A DNA stretch of 64,000 nt from the NCBI GenBank assembly GCA_964304625.1, contig OZ199838.1:8605904-8669903 (forward strand), written 5' to 3'. Shown here piece by piece: positions 14,750-28,592 of this stretch. The DNA is from Kudoa neothunni. Lineage: Eukaryota; Animalia; Cnidaria. Position 1 is the stretch's first letter. Every line of letters starts with the position of its first letter. A program made the position numbers and the translations under genes. The notes beneath the pieces were generated by a model. That model saw only the letters and a program-made list of their open reading frames with translations, was not told where the DNA came from and did no database searches.

Positions 14750-17030
14750 TGTTGGAAAAATGGTGATCTAAAAAAGGGACCGTATATTGATCCCAAGTTA
14801 TTATTCCATTCAATTTGAGTTTTCCATAGTTTTTTAGAATGTTAGCCATGGATCAATCTTCAAACAAGGTTTTTGTGGCTACGTGTTGTCTTGCTGGTAT
14901 CGGATGTATTTGGGAATACTTACGTGAATCGTTTAGCAATCGTGCGATTTAGATTCGTTTGCTTTCAATCTAAGATATTTGGGAATAAAAATTTTATTCA
15001 AAAAAGTTCGTCATGCATATGAACTTAATCAATATTCTCAACTAGGATCTTATCTTTTATGTTCAAGTCTTATGATGGCCCCTTTGATTCATGTGATTAG
15101 CACTCGCTGAATTTGTTAAGTATCTAGTTATGTCTAGTATTTTGACCGTGTTTATGACTTCATGGTAATTAATGGCTGTGTCGCATCATTTTGGTGTTCT
15201 TTATGCGATGTCATTATATTCAAATTCATATATCAAAATTGTAAATGCATTCATAAAGTCCACTATATTGGCGTTGGCGCCATTTTTATAGTTTTGTTTC
15301 TCCATGTAATAGGATGTATGACCATAGATTTCGACATTCTATTTATTTCTTTGCGTTTAGATTTGATTATAAAATTTTATAACGTCAAGCATTCACTTTT
15401 TAGTGGAAAAGACTCCACACCAGAAGTGATTATGCAATTTGAGACCTTCGATTTAACAATGCTACATTTTTAGATGTATGCTCCCGAGGAGATGTATCTA
15501 TTCAAATACAAATTCATGCTTTATATATTGATACTTTATTCTGCATTATTTTTTAATTTTTAATCTGTTTGATTGATTTTGCTGTTAACACTCACACTGA
15601 TTCCACAACTGTCGCCTTTAAATGAGTTAGGAGTCACTTTTTACCCCAAAACAAAAATAATAGTTTCAATAATAAATTACTGTAGCGAAAACGACTAATA
15701 TATTAATATTTTTAAAATTTAAATGTCCAATTATAATTTTGAAGGCAATTTTCACGTAACGTTGCTAGATGGATCTCACACAGTTATTCATAGGCTTAAT
15801 ACAATTGTCACAGCAAGTTGAACATTTTTTATCATGTTTTCTTGGACTAATGGAAAATCTTTTCCTTTCATTTTAATCTCGTTGTTGTAAAATTTGATCC
15901 TGCTTAGCAACGTCGTCAATGCCATATTCACTTTGAATTTATTTAATTAAACTAACAATAAATTTCCTTCTAATTCTTTCTATGTTTGTTTGGATAAATT
16001 CGAGGTATTTCAAGTTTATAATACCATTAAGTTGCAACAAGCAATATAAAGAATATTGTAAAATATTACAGAAGGTCATTCTCCAGTTTTTTGTTTTAGA
16101 ACTTAGCCGAAACGATCTAACGTAAGGCTTGATTTTAGGTTCTGTTAGCAATTTTATGGCCAAGATATCCCATTTGGCTTTAAAATAATTGACATTTATC
16201 GCGCTTATATGTAAATCCAGTTTTCAAAATTTTCTAATTAGATAATTTAGGTTCTTTTGGTGTTTTATTAATCAAAATTATGCCATCTAAATAAGCAATA
16301 ATACGATATATGTCAGTAGCCAAATTATCTATCGTAATTTAGAAAAGAGCAAACGAACAAACTATATCAAACTGTTGACGGCTATATTATGTTCCTATAG
16401 ACCTTGAGTAGTCACAGTCGTATTATATTTTCTATTTTCATCATCCAATTTTAATTGAAGTTAAGAATCAGGTAAATCGATTTTTGAAAGCAATCTCCAA
16501 TTTTTAAGTCTATAGTGTAGCTTATCTGTCCTTGGAATGGGGTGTTAATCCATTATTAGAGTCTGATTTATCGTAGCTTTGAAGTCGTCATATATTCGGA
16601 CTTTGTCTTCTTTTTTCATTATCACAGTCAGTGTTAGCCATTAATTGTGTGATACTTCCTCTATGGAACCTCTTTTCGCTAGTCGTTTTAACCCTAGCCC
16701 CAGCTGTACGGCGTTTATCATAAAAAAGGCACTGGTCTAACTGCTTTATTATCGTGCAGCTGTACTTCCTCATTTTATGATAGTCCAAACCAGATTAAAA
16801 AAGCTCAGAATGTTTTTGGAAATACTATTTTTCTCTTTCAATTTTGCTGAGGTTAATTTTGCCTATACAACCGTTAACGTTGACGGATGAGTTGAGTTTC
16901 CGTAACCAATCAAAGCCCAACAAATGACCAAAAGAAGTTTTAGTAACCAAAATCCGGGAAAGGGGGATCAAAAATACATTATCCGCTTTTACACTCACGA
17001 CCGTTTCACATTTTTTAGGCAACTGTGAAC
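14750..17030 (-). mobile_element. Degenerate Ty3/Gypsy-type pol remnants (protease, RT, probable integrase)
   Basis: LLGFDWL protease-end motif (16825-17022). PIPRTD...TTVTTQGL RT motifs at ~16400-16550. Integrase-like debris at 14800-15300 is weak. No LTR pair found. Confidence 0.55.
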
Positions 17031-17322
17031 AATCATATGTCGAAAGACAAACTAGAATATTTTTATTGGAGATGAGTCAATGTACTTGTGCGTTTTATCG
17101 TCAATTATTGCCCTAAATTCGACCCACGGATGAAAAAGTTTTTCCGCCCCTCATTATAATAGATAAGATTCAAAATAAGCGCCAAATAAAGAAAAATTTA
17201 TGAAAAAATGTTTCAAAATTAAAATTTGAAGAATATATGTTCAGTGTGTCTAAAGTATCAACTAGCTAACAAATTCTCAAACTAGTCTGCTAACAACTAC
17301 TAAATGTCCGCTAATAAAAATC

Positions 17323-19047
17323 CTAATGTTGATTAGGATGGAATGGCGGTTGATTTCTATTCATGCGGTTGTAAGGATGAGCCATCGACAAAGTGTTATC
17401 ACTGGGACAATTAGCTCGAGCAAAATGACCAGAGGTATTGGGATTTCTATTGCCATTGAATTCGATTGCATATGGTGGAAGAGTTGCTAGAGGGTCGCTC
17501 CAGTTTGTAGCAACATTAGAAGTATGAAAATTCTCATGCATAGTCGGCATTTGTTGTTGAAAATGATTGCTGACTGTAGCATTTGGAACGATATCGTTGA
17601 ACTCATTCCTAAACAGTATTAAATTGTCCATCAAACCTGACAAGCGGTTACATGGGGGGTTTCGTTTGCATTGTTGACGCAGAGTAGAAATGATTTTTAT
17701 GGGTGGGAATTTGATCCAATGGGTATAACATAACGTTGGGGTCAAATGTATTTGCAATATTCGACATTTCATCTAAAATTTAAAATCGTAGAACATAACA
17801 AGTAGGTCAAAGATAGACAGGTAATTACTTGGAGTGGTTTGACTCTGGTATGGGTTGTGTTGCAATCGATGTGATGAGTTGGTTTGTACATAGTCGTTAA
17901 AATGGTTGACTCCAATTTGGCTGTTCTTAGGATATGAAGAAGCGTTATAGTTGTAGACGTCCTGTACATTATTGGTGTTGGATAGATGTAAAGGCTTGTT
18001 GTAAGAATGAAGCATAGATAAATTTTCAGTGGTAGCTGAATGGTAGTTTGACGACGGGGGCAACAACATGGATTGTTCTAGTTTAGGAGTAAAATTTTTT
18101 AATTGGTTGTTCGGATTGGCTACTAACAGTTACTTACCACTGGAACAAAAATAATTAACACTACCATTTTCGGTATTGTAACAGTCGGTGGATATATTGG
18201 ATGGAGGTAAAATGGATGGTCCGATTGGCGTATTAAATAAAGGTGACATAATTTGGCAGTTGTTTTGGTGATAAAGAAGATGATAACCATTGGGATCTTT
18301 GTTATTGTTACTATTCGACGACTGAACAGATCGTCTATAGTAGCCTGGAGAAGATTTCGAAGGGATTGAAGAAACAAGAGAATCATTAGATGCAGGCGTT
18401 ACACTATATCCATTTTCGATGGATGGGTTGGTGGTATCGTCAATAATGGTGTTGATGGAATTATTCAATAGTTGTTGCCTATTGGTGAGAGGAGAACCTT
18501 CCATCATAGCATTCACTTGTGAATTATGTGGATTATTTGAGGAAGGTTGCGGATCAGAGTGGAAGTCTTTAGTCGTTTGGAAAGCGTACTTCTTCCTGAA
18601 ACACTCAAGCCAACCATTAGACGCTCTGAAACCTGGGATTTTGAGTTTTTCGGCAAACTGCTTGGCTTTGTTTTGTATAATAGATCCAGATACGTGGCAG
18701 TTTATAGATATCAGCCATCTATACACCTCTTCATTGATAGGGGCGTATTTGGTACGTTTGGCAATACGTTTGCGTTGCTTACGACCGTATGTATTAAAAT
18801 CTTGTAGAATGGCCGTCTTACGACGAATAATGGAGCTAAGATGGGATTGGTTAATATTGTATTTTTGGAGAATTTTATTCATTTGGACTCCACTGGCAAA
18901 TTCCTCAATGATTTTTAATTTTCTATCAATCGTTAAATCGTTTCTCTTTCGTGATAGGCAATTTTTCGATGTAGCAGGACACATTATTTTAGATTTTTTC
19001 GATGCAGGCGATTGCTTATGGTTATTTACAGTATCACTACTGTGTTC
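17323..19047 (-). CDS. CENP-B/pogo-type HTH protein (HTH_psq + HTH_Tnp_Tc5-like DBD) with long N/S/P/H/Q-rich tail and no DDE domain
   Basis: Exons 19047-18138, 18077-17829, 17772-17652 and 17608-17323 join in frame across GT-AG introns of 60, 56 and 43 nt, giving ~521 aa plus an undetermined 5' exon. Motifs: RKRNDLTIDRKLKIIEE...KYNINQSHLSSII and INEEVYRW...VSGSIIQNKA..FA..L....FRASNGWLECFRKKY. Confidence 0.85.
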
Positions 19048-22000
19048 CTACAACAGAATGTAATAGCGATGTTTAATAGATTAATAGAATGATCTTGATG
19101 GGTTAACTGACGTTTCAAAGTGGTCAAAATTGGGCCTCAAATGTCAAACCATATTCATTGCATAAATGAAAAAAGCAGATATAATAACTCCAAACAATAA
19201 TAATGCCATTGTTATCACTCGAATATCATTATTTAACTTTATTTTATTTATGAAACCGGAGGTAATAACTTGAAAAAATGGGCGATCATAAAACTAAAAA
19301 CACATTTTTACTGTCATACCAATGGAATAAATTATTATTTATTAACTACAAAACAAATAAAGATAATACAAACAAATAATTAAGGTAAAAAATTAGTTTA
19401 CTTATCTAGGGGATTTAATCAAATTACTCATTGATACATTGTTAGTATTAATTCAGAAGTGAATTAAATAAAGTTTTAGGCTAAAAAATTGTAATCCAAA
19501 ATTACCATAACAAAATATTATTCAAATTGGTCTCAATTCCATAATGAGTTATATTCTCACGAAATAAATCAAAAATTATACAATACCTTGATGATCGGAT
19601 ATTCTCAGTAAATTTTATATTCGCGGAATTACATTATAAAAACAAAAATGCATCACTCAAAACATTTGAACCTTCAAATAATGTAGTAGAGACATTTAAG
19701 ACGAATTATCGGGAATTATGTTCATTAACTTTATGATAGTTGTGCCGCCAACCTAGTCGTTAGTTCCGTCTTTAGATAGATCATTAGAAAGAGATCTCAA
19801 CTGTCATTATAGTACAGTGTAACAATAATTCTTGAATGTACAACAAGCAATGTATAGTTAAGAACAAATTATTTATAGCCATACAATGAGATTAAGATAC
19901 TAAATCAAACAATACATAGGGGATTGTTACTAATCATTTGTTAAAAAAGGATTTACAGCTAAGTTGTAACGGTACATAAACGCTAATATCTCCCTATATC
20001 AAAAAATTTAATTACTCAATGTCGGTTTTATATCAACATAATTGCAACAAAAGTGTCTAATAATTAAACTAAATATTTAATAAATGAAGTAAATGGAGAT
20101 GAGAATTAAAATTCTACAACAAAATCATTTTTTTGCAATGTAAGTAGGTATCTACCATGTCAACGGTGCTAATCATGTATTTGATATGTAAAGTGACCGA
20201 ATCATTCCCCTTATTCAGTTTGAATACCCCCTATCTCGTAAACGTTTACAATTAGTTTTTGCTCACATAACGCCAAAGACTATTGCCTAAGATTAGTATT
20301 AATGTTTTATGATGTCTGTTATTTTTGTATTGCCTAAAATAACAAAGTATTCTCAATGAAGCAATATTTTAGTTTTAACCCAAAAAATTAGCTTGTAATT
20401 AATCTTTAATACGAATGCTAGCCAAATGTAATCGATTTCTATACATTTGGATTAACTGATTCTATTCGAACAGTATGGCTAGCCCTAAAATCATACACAT
20501 GACAATATTAATTGTGATATAACTATAATAGCGATAAAAAATATCTTAATCTAGTTTAAATTTTATTAAAATCAATATAAATAATATTACGAATCAATAA
20601 AATTGATAGCGAGTTAATTAAATTTTACCAAACCCAACAGGTGGAATTAATAAATATTTAGTATTATGGCGAATAGTTGTAAGGAAATCTTAGGCTGAGT
20701 ATTAATTAACACTAAAAAGCTATTACCTTCTCCATATAATAATGAAGGGCGGCTGTCAACAATGATCAAGTTGTGAAATCACCAACGATATTCGAATGCA
20801 ATTCTTAGTGGATATCTATTAGAGAAAATTACAGCACTACAAATACCAACAATAATAATCAAATCATATTGGTCAATATAACCAACTAATAAACAGCGAC
20901 ACCATATAAACATATTCTATACAGTGTAGATGTGTTGAGCAGAACTAAAAATTTACCCGATCAGTCGATCAATACAGATGGTAGTGCTGGTAGTGACGTA
21001 GTAGTTATTAGTGGTAGTAGATGATAGCTTTGTACGTGTTTGGGTTAAATAAGCTTAGATGGGTTTCTTAATGAGATCCTACGTAAGAATAAGTTGTAAA
21101 GTTCAATTGCATCAGATAGAGGATCACCTGTTGATAATAAGTTTATGGTAAAGCGGTAGTTTAGGTATAATCTGGTAAAATTACGAGGAGTTTTGGCGAA
21201 AACTAATGGCCTACTTAGTTGGTCAACATTTGTAAACATTCTCTAAATATGAACTAATCTAGTAAAACAATATTCTGTCATATTTTAGAGCTGTAACTGC
21301 GAAAAATTTATTTCCATAAAATAATCTCATTTTACAATGATACCCTTAAAGTGTGAAGTAGATAAAACAGATAGTAACCGATTATAGATAACAAGTATTT
21401 TATATGGAGTTTGATTGATAGATCAAATTCTACCAAGGTAATAACTATATTATAAAGTAGTTTTAATTCATCCTCAAGTAGATTTTTCGGCCTATAATTG
21501 TTTGAATTGATTTCTGATATATGCGTCCAAATCACAAATTATAATATCATGGGTTAACCGGATCAAAAATATGGCTATATAACACATGTGACATAGATTA
21601 CACTTTGATAGTATGTTCAACTTATAATCAGATAAGATAAAATCTTCTTAATCGTGACATAATTTGCAATCCAAGCCATTATGATGATTGTTTATGTTTG
21701 GGAAGTCATTATCTTTGCATTAAACATTCCCCTCGATAATTAGTCGATGTTGGTTTGCTTGGTGGTAAGCTAATATTAGGTTCCATCTAACCATAGTTCC
21801 TTATACTCTTATTCGCCCACCCATCAGTTCTTATCTTATTGGTATCAGTTGTTTAACCTAAGAACTATTAAAATTAGTTGAATTAAACATCTACTAATGT
21901 TGCTAAATAACCAGTCAATCAAACGTTACGTTGACTCAATGATCTATCCTCACGGATAAGTAAATAGGTGAAATTTTTTTGTTACTAGTCGTTATTTTTA

Positions 22001-23206
22001 ATCTTTATACTTAATACTTATTGATAGTAACTCTGAGTGAGATTAATATCTAAGTTAATTTCCATCACAATCCACTTACTGGATCAGAAATATTGATCGT
22101 TTAAAATTCCATGTTTTCATAGATATTTAACGGAACATGTCAAAAAATATCGTTACCTATCGTAAAATATTAGATTCTTCGTAGCGTGCTGATCGTTTTT
22201 AAAGCACATTATTTCTGTGTGTGTTAACACATAAAGAGTCGAAAATATCCTAAAAGCAACATTTAACTCCCTATAAACGCATACTGCGGCAAGCTTTTTG
22301 AGTTTCGTTTAAAGCATTACGTAATCATTCCATTTCTACCTCTGTATAGTATAGTTTTCAAGTTGCACCGCTTTAAGCACAATGGAATTATACAGAAGAT
22401 TATTTATGTTAGTTAAAATAAATATCACCCTGATAGAATGTGTTGTTTTAAGTTTCTGTTTCCAACCACGCCTAAATCGCGGCGAAAGAGTTACAATCAA
22501 CAATGCTTTTGAGGTGTTATCGACTAGAATTCCGAGCTAGATCTATTTCCGCAAGCATATTATTTGAGCTGTCGGTGTAAATTCAGTTAACTATATAAGC
22601 CGAGAAAGTGGTTATTGGTACGGTAAATAATACTCAGTTGTCACTGGTTTTTACTATATTTAACTATCTCTGCCCCTAAGAGCGAATTAGCTTTTCATCA
22701 ATAATTAAACGTAGTTAGAACTATTTACCGCTCCAATAATCACTTTCTCATTTCGTTACAGGAACGGTTATTAAGTCTGCTAATAATAAATTATTGTTAA
22801 GAATTTTGATTGTATAATTTATTTCTTATTGATAGTATATATAATCGAGAATAAATATGTCACCAATATCCACAAATGCAAAGAGAATGTTTACAACTAC
22901 TTATGGTACCATTTTCAACGAAAAACCTAGAGGCCGCAGCCGGATGATCATACAGATATTGTAGGGTAACCTGTTAATGATAATGTTCTGTTGAAGTTTT
23001 TGAGATCGTATTACTAAATTAAAATTATCACTTTGTATAATGAAGATTCTGATCTTTCGAATGATTGTGAAATCACTAGGAAGTTCCAAATAGATGTGAC
23101 ATATTTAAAGTTATATTTCAAAGATGCGCGTAAAGTAAGGTTTATATTGGTTGTCAATGTAATTTTCTACGATGATTTAATGTACCCTTCTGATATGAAA
23201 AAACCG

Positions 23207-24832
23207 GGTAATGGTAAAGTATGTGACTCCAGAAAAGCACCATATCGCATGCGCTTTTCTCGGGTTTTCTTTTACAATTATCAGTAATAAATCAAAAGAA
23301 TGCTGCCTGCAAATATTGAGCTCAAATAAATCACTTCTAAATTATTATCTAATTCCTATTTGATTACAGTCGGATACACGTGTAATCCGCATCGTTTTCC
23401 AATAAACACTGAAAAATAACTGATTATTTACTTATTTCGTAAATTATCTATATTTTATATTATTTTTAGTAAAAACGATATTAAATTTTTCTGTATTTAT
23501 TTACCACGTGAAAATCGCGGCAATGGAGCTTTTAAGTTTTAGAGGGGAAGATGACTTTTTGTGTTTAATTGATGGTCATGATAGGCTATTTTACAAATTA
23601 GTAACAAAGGGTTACCTTAAAGCTTCTACAAAAAGATGCTTTAAGTGTTGGAATTTTTAAATCTTTACTTGAAAAAAGAGAAAATTAAATGTAAGGAGAT
23701 CAGTGACAGAAACTTCGTGCTATGGGAGAAATCACATTGATTATACCTTCACTTACAGATGTAAAAATTACTTATATTCTGTGGAATAACGACTTAAAGT
23801 AGTTAAGGGGTAAAACTAGTGTTTCTCACTTGAAACGGTATTTTTTCTCTAGTATGGCTTTCGCTAGTTCAACAAACCAATTAACAACAAAAAATAAATA
23901 TTAATTTAGAAAATGCTATATTAAAGTTTGTAAGAAAATTTGAACGAGAGTAAATCTTCATAGAGCTGGCCATACGTCCAATACATTGCACAACAATTCA
24001 GCTGCGCGTTAACAGCATGGTAGTTGTTGCAAAGAATGATTTGGGCGTAACATAAAGATTAAAATGATAAATTATTTCATTTCAAGGCTTAATTATATAC
24101 TATAACAATAATGAAACATTATTTTATTTAAACCAATATTTTTGTCCCAATAAATAAGAATTGCGATGTCTATTAATTGTGTATTTTACGTTATATTAAA
24201 AAAATGAATAGATAAATATACAATTTATTATTTTTAAAAGTTCTCCAATTTAATATCTTCAGATAAATAAAATAAGTATTGAAATATGTTGAATTAATGC
24301 CATTCTTCAAGTTTATAACCAAAAATATCAATGTACGATTAATATAATTATTGTTAGTTTCTATTTCGCAAATAATTGATGTATACAAATTACTTCACTA
24401 ATAATAATGTACTAATAAAAATTTATACGCTAAAATAAACAATTATAGATTCCACTAAATGGTTTAAAAGTTAATTTGACATTTAGAAATAACGATAGAT
24501 GACACATTATTTTTTAATATTAGACCAGCTTATTTAGAGGGTTTACTACTCCAACTTTAGTATGTAAATATTAATAAAGTTTAAATAATGATTATAATAT
24601 ACTAAGTGGGATAAAATAAGCAAATAATCAGCTATTTTTCAGTGTTTATTGGAAAACGATGTGGATTACAAGTATATCCGATTGTAGTCGAATAGGAATT
24701 AGACAAAAATTTGGAAGTAATTAATTTGAGCTCAATATTCTTTTGATTTATTATTGATAACCGTAATAGAAAAAACGAGAAAAACACATGAAACATGGGT
24801 GTTTTTCTGAAGTCACATACTTAACCATTACC
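23207..24832 (+). mobile_element. Merlin (IS1595/ISXO2-like) non-autonomous element with ~230-bp TIRs
   Basis: ggtaatggtaaagtatgtgac... / ...gtcacatacttaaccattacc long imperfect TIRs starting GG; imperfect 8-bp TSD aaaaaccg/gaaaacag; internal decayed N-terminal peptide KLVTKGYLKASTKRCFKC...YRCKN. Confidence 0.75.
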
Positions 24833-25479
24833 GAAAACAGTATACATTTAAATTCACTAGAAAAATTTATATTTAATATGTGTAATGGTAATGAATTAAA
24901 TTAATTGCGCACGATTTTGTTAAAATGATTACATTATCCTTGAGTTGTGCGATTCTGGATTATTGCCTAATTCCTCCAAAGGTCAGCATTTGGACGCTTT
25001 TAAGTATTCAAATTTATCCACAGTTCTAGAATTATTCTCTTATTTCATTGATATTATATGAAGTTGATTTATAACGAATTTTTGCGCATATTTAATTTAC
25101 AATAATGGGTTTTTAGGACCAATATCGAGCTAAGATAATATTTATCGGATAGATAAAAAATGTACACCCTCAAAATAATGGCTATATTATTACAAATATT
25201 AAACAATTTTCTTTATTTCAAAGAAAAAAATGTTTCGTTCAATTTAATTTATTTGGGAAAAGTTTTTTATTTCATCAATGATATACCCAATGCTTGAGAT
25301 TTTTTCTCCCAAGAATACCAATATATTAAACCAAATATTCGAGATACAAATAATTTGAAATATTGTATTTTTCTGTAACAAAAATGTTAATAAGTTTCTT
25401 ATCGTTGGATAAACATATATAACTATTTTTCTACCGGACCCATTCATAAGATTGCATTACGGTCAACCAAATACAAATC

Positions 25480-26180
25480 ATGAACACAATAATCAAACTG
25501 ATATTTTGCATTAAGCTGATAATTGTATCTGGAATCTTTAGTTATAATACAGCATATACTTTTTATTACAGGAACCTCTAACGTTTATTTAGAATCCATA
25601 GCGACAGTTGAGAAACACGACCAATTTGAAATATTTCCAGATGTGCATAAATGTAAAGAACCAGACGACAGTTATGTCAATGAGGGTGAATTTTACGTGC
25701 CATCGTACTATTCACCATGCTTCATGTGCGTTTGCAATTCCAAAGATAAGAATAAATGCCAAAATTTGGAGTGTCACAGGAAAATCCCTTATGGGGTGAG
25801 TTTCTATGCACTCACAAAATGTTGCCATTATAAAAAACGTAGCATTAACGAGATCTTTTTAAATTTAAAAATCATATATTGATAATATTGTATAGAAAAA
25901 GCAGAAGGAATCGTAAAGAAGCATAGACAACATTGGAATCATGTAAAACAAATAATACTCCTTAGTGTACTACCCAGTGCTATCGTTTTGATAATATCAT
26001 TTGTGATAATTGGAATGGTGCTGGGGGAAAAGATACCGACAACCCCGTAACATAATATATATATATATATATATTTATTTGATTTTATCTCAGTAAGTAT
26101 AGGGATGGAAAGGAGAAAAATATAGTATGAACAACCACCCCAGCCCCAGTATCCAAATATGACATATGCTAAACAGTAAA
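25480..26180 (+). CDS. Small single-pass membrane protein: signal peptide + VWC module (DGCR2/IDD-like) + TM helix
   Basis: Hydrophobic N-terminus MNTIIKLIFCIKLIIVSGIF; CKEPDDSYVNEGEFYVPSYYSPCFMCVC...C....C...KCC; the next exon encodes TM IILLSVLPSAIVLIISFVIIGMVL. 3' exon structure is ambiguous. Confidence 0.7.
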
Positions 26181-26738
26181 AATTTTAACTCTAAACTTCA
26201 TTTTATCGTATTGAAATTGAAGAAAACCTCCTTAGAGTAATCCAAAGATCTCCTACGTGGTTTCCTGTGTTTTTTTAATGCATCAGTCTATCATTATTAA
26301 AAACTGCTTGGATTGTTTCCATTACATGTATTTTTCCCATAAGAGATGGAGTAGACATGGTTTTCAAATGGAACCCTTGAATTTATTATTTAACTTTAAA
26401 GTTTAATTTACTTTAAAAATCAATAATGGAATAGTAACCTATTTAATCATATTTTAGTGAAAGTTGACATATTTTAAAAAATATTTGTTTAATAATACAT
26501 ATGAAATTAATTTCCTACGTTTTATATGAACTATAAATATCGCATGTTATGTATTTTATTTATATAAGAACATTAAATTGCTCTTTTCCAATTTTTTGGG
26601 TAAATATGTTACCATACTATTTTAACTTCAATCTTATATCACCATTCTATTTAAAAATTTTACTTATTTTAAATAATGATTTTTATTCTCCATTAAAATA
26701 AAAATATAATGTCCGCTAAAGACTATGGCAGTGTCTAT

Positions 26739-27810
26739 TAGGGGTTAAGATGGGTTCAGTTTTGAAAATTTATTTTTAATTAATATAAATTAGCATTTAT
26801 TAATAATTGATACAGTCTTAAATAAGTAAACGCGTTTTTAAAATAGTAAATGGACAACAAATATTTTTGAATGACGTGTTTTATCAAGGAACAAATTTTG
26901 TATTTAGTATTACAGGAATTGTATCTGGTATTCGGAGCTATCTTGTTAGTCTAGTCTTTCTAATAAAAGAGCAAAATGTAATAAATGTGACTTCATACTC
27001 ACCAATACAATTGAAGATTTCTCACCTATTGACGGAACCATTTCAGAAATTTTAAAAATGAAATTTATCAAATTCTGCCCTGAATTACGCACCATTTGGT
27101 CCGATATATTCATGTTTTTAAGATACGATTCAAAAATTTGTATAAAGAATATCTTCTACAAAAGACTGTAAATTTAGAGCTAGAAGGCGCAGTTAATTTC
27201 ATTGAACTGAATGATCAAATCTAAAACTATGAACCTTCCGAATTTGTGATAAATTTAGACAATTTAATAAATTACGTGTCCAGACTAAACGGAACAATAT
27301 ATTGTTCGCATTTAATGAAATTACAAATTTTATTAATCACGATGTGATGTCAGATCATTTAGAAAGGGTTCGTAAAACTCTTTCTAATGTTAAACCTACG
27401 AGTATTGACTCAGACAAATGTTTTACCTTATACAACGTTGCTATTTCCCTGTTGAGAACAAAATTGAACGACCCGAAACTTGAAACCATTGTGTTTATTT
27501 ATGAGAATAGAAATAATTAAATTGAAATTTGAGAGATGAAAGCTATTATTATGTGTTTGAAACTATTTTATCGTAAAAGATTTATAATCATTAAATGCAG
27601 TAAAAAATAACTTTAAATAATAAAATTAGTTGAAACAATTAAAAAGAATATCAAATTTTGTTTAAAAGATCATATTTAAACGAAGAATGCCTAAAATAAG
27701 ATTTCAAACAATCACATTTTTACATATTTTTTGCATGAAAAAATTGACATTAATAATTGGAAAAATTATTTACAAAACCGAAACGTTGAACCGAACCGTC
27801 TTAACCCCTA
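26739..27810 (+). mobile_element. Non-autonomous hAT element
   Basis: TIRs taggggttaaga / tcttaaccccta; TSD gtgtctat/gtggctat; dimerisation-domain remnant VKPTSIDSDKCF...RTKL. Confidence 0.85.
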
Positions 27811-28592
27811 GTGGCTATTACCACGCCAGCGTATAATCCCATGTCGGGGCCGTCTATTGCCACGAAAACTAATTTCTCCTAATTCTGAAAATGTTTAAAT
27901 TTTGTGTTAAAATTTACTATATAGATTTTACGGTTAAAATCAGCCTTTTAAGTTGGTTTTAGCAATAATTGGTGGCTTAAAAGTATAAGGTTTTAGTTTA
28001 TTTATATGCAATTAACGATCATTGAAACAATATCTGATATTATATTATCATAATTGAGTATTTACATAAAGTTTTGAGCCTGGAGATAGATGATCCATCC
28101 TCAAATTGACTAAACTGAATAAAATCTATTATAAGTACAAAATCTGCATATATACATTTTTGTTGTCCGATAAAAGATATTCAGTATCTCAATTTTTACG
28201 TTAATGATATTGTATCGGACTTATTTAGATGCTTTAAAACGGATAGCACTAAAAAAGTATGTAAACGTGTTATGAAAATAAACTTACAAAACTTGTAGTA
28301 ATTATAATTATGAATAATTTATATTTAATATTAATAACTATAAATAATAAATAATTTTTCCGCATTTATGTAAATTTTTTTATGGTAATTGTAATATGCA
28401 TTAATAAGAAATAATAGAGGTGGCGCTGAGAGTGATTTCTTTTATGAAATAGAAAATTTAGCCTTTTCATCAGCTAGAAGAATATATAAAGTCATACGAA
28501 AAAAATCATTATGTAACTTAATAAAGAGAGATTAAAAAAAAGTATCTGTCAAGCGAGTTCCATTCCAACAAATTTAATGAGAAGTTGAAATA

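Noticed and set aside
18419-19063. 214-aa plus-strand ORF (and 18547-18807)
   Set aside because: Antisense shadow of the HTH gene's long exon; no recognisable motifs.
20925-21238. TG...CA LTR-like patch
   Set aside because: No matching TSD at either candidate end and no second copy.
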